A stretch of DNA of 59,023 bases, the filler included, from Asterionella formosa (taxonomy: Eukaryota), in the NCBI GenBank assembly GCA_002256025.1. It is 9 parts of 9 records of this genome, joined end to end, with 100 filler letters (N's around TTAATTAATTAA, not from the genome) between each part and the next. Parts side by side here need not be neighbours in the genome. Positions count along the whole stretch, not along the records: positions 52,562 to 59,023 come from NKIB01012699.1; 8 more parts are not named here. One strand, given 5' to 3'. Positions 58,287 to 59,023 of the stretch are shown one piece after another. A program made the translations under genes and the position numbers. The first letter of the stretch is position 1, and every line of letters starts with the position of its first letter. Under the pieces are notes generated by a model. It did not search any database, was not told the origin of the DNA, and saw only the letters and a program-made list of their open reading frames with translations.

Positions 58287-58580
58287 TCGTTCTTTGGCAG
58301 TTGGTATCAAAGAAATATGCTGGAGCGGGAAAATATCGCTCTTTGTTTCGTTACATGGTAAAAGCAGCATAGTTTCACCAATTTAATACGGTCGCAATGG
58401 CTAGTTGGTCAATATGTATTGTCGCAAACACACCTAATTATTGGTGTGATCACATTATTATTTGATGATTGAAATAAGTTTTTAAACCTGAATAAATTAC
58501 TGAAAAAGTAACATGATAGTTTAGAAACGTAACAAAATACATCACTTTATGCATAAAAGTGTTGTAAACAGCGTCACTAT
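58287..58580 (+). repeat. 3' part of the 7198-8060 dispersed repeat
   Basis: GTTCTTTGGCAGT.G.TATCAA, GCTAGTTGG, TAATTATT.GT.TGATCACAT, AAAAGTG..GTAAAC.GCGTC shared with ~7702-8056. Confidence 0.7.
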
Positions 58581-58819
58581 CAGAGAAGGCGTGAGCAACC
58601 CTGGTTGACTCCCCTGGACACAGATCAGGCTGCTTCTGTCAGTGCCTCAACTGTTGCTAGCAAACATTAAATCCCACCTGGTCTCCCACCATCACTCCCA
58701 CCTTTCATTACAACTACAACTACAACTCCGTCACCTGCCTCCTCCCAATAGGACAACGACATCAAGGGAGCAATCAGAAACCAACTCTCGATACATTGGC
58801 AAAACCAGGAACATTGAAG

Positions 58820-58985
58820 ACCCAGACAATCATCATGGCCATTATTGCGCTGATATAGACACTTGCGCCGATAACCTTGTGCTGGACAAGCTTTTTTACC
58901 TATCCACAAGACAGGATGAGACGTTGATGTTAGCGGTTTCCACTCAACCCTTCTTGGCACAATTAAAGGCATCCCAATTGTATGT
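58820..58985 (+). mobile_element. Ty1/Copia aspartic protease remnant
   Basis: DTCAD (DSHAD-like), then after a frameshift CAGQAFLPIHKTG.DVDVSGFHSTLLGTIKGIPIV. Confidence 0.6.
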
Positions 58986-59023
58986 AAGCCACAGCCTTTG
59001 GCTCTCCTCAAGGAACCTATATC

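Overview
This window is not contiguous DNA. It is nine eukaryotic contigs of 6480, 6476, 6472, 6469, 6468, 6467, 6465, 6464 and 6462 bp, sorted by decreasing length and joined by eight artificial 100-bp N44-TTAATTAATTAA-N44 linkers, so gene order across linkers means nothing. The source is most likely a diatom or a related photosynthetic stramenopile (inference from signal-peptide + AF bipartite presequences, short GT-AG introns and diatom-like Copia/Gypsy remnants). Five genes look intact: a DRG2-type GTPase (3 exons), a plastid-type PabA-PabB aminodeoxychorismate synthase, an alpha/beta hydrolase, a prokaryote-like CLC anion channel, and an intronless GT-B-like protein of a family I associate with giant viruses and cyanobacteria. 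The rest is mostly decayed mobile DNA: Copia, Gypsy, non-LTR, two Harbinger-superfamily elements, a Kolobok/Mutator-like transposase, MITEs and tRNA-derived SINEs, plus an LRR-kinase pseudogene. The strongest leads are (1) a Kolobok-like transposon whose ~455-bp terminal module, with a 33-bp internal inverted repeat, also occurs alone between TTAA sites, resembling the LTDR/solo-LTDR architecture of KolobokP, and (2) a highly iterated palindrome cloud (CCTGGTACCAGG/GGTACC) that sits upstream of genes, forms fold-backs and has received transposon insertions. All family assignments are from motif recall; no searches were run.
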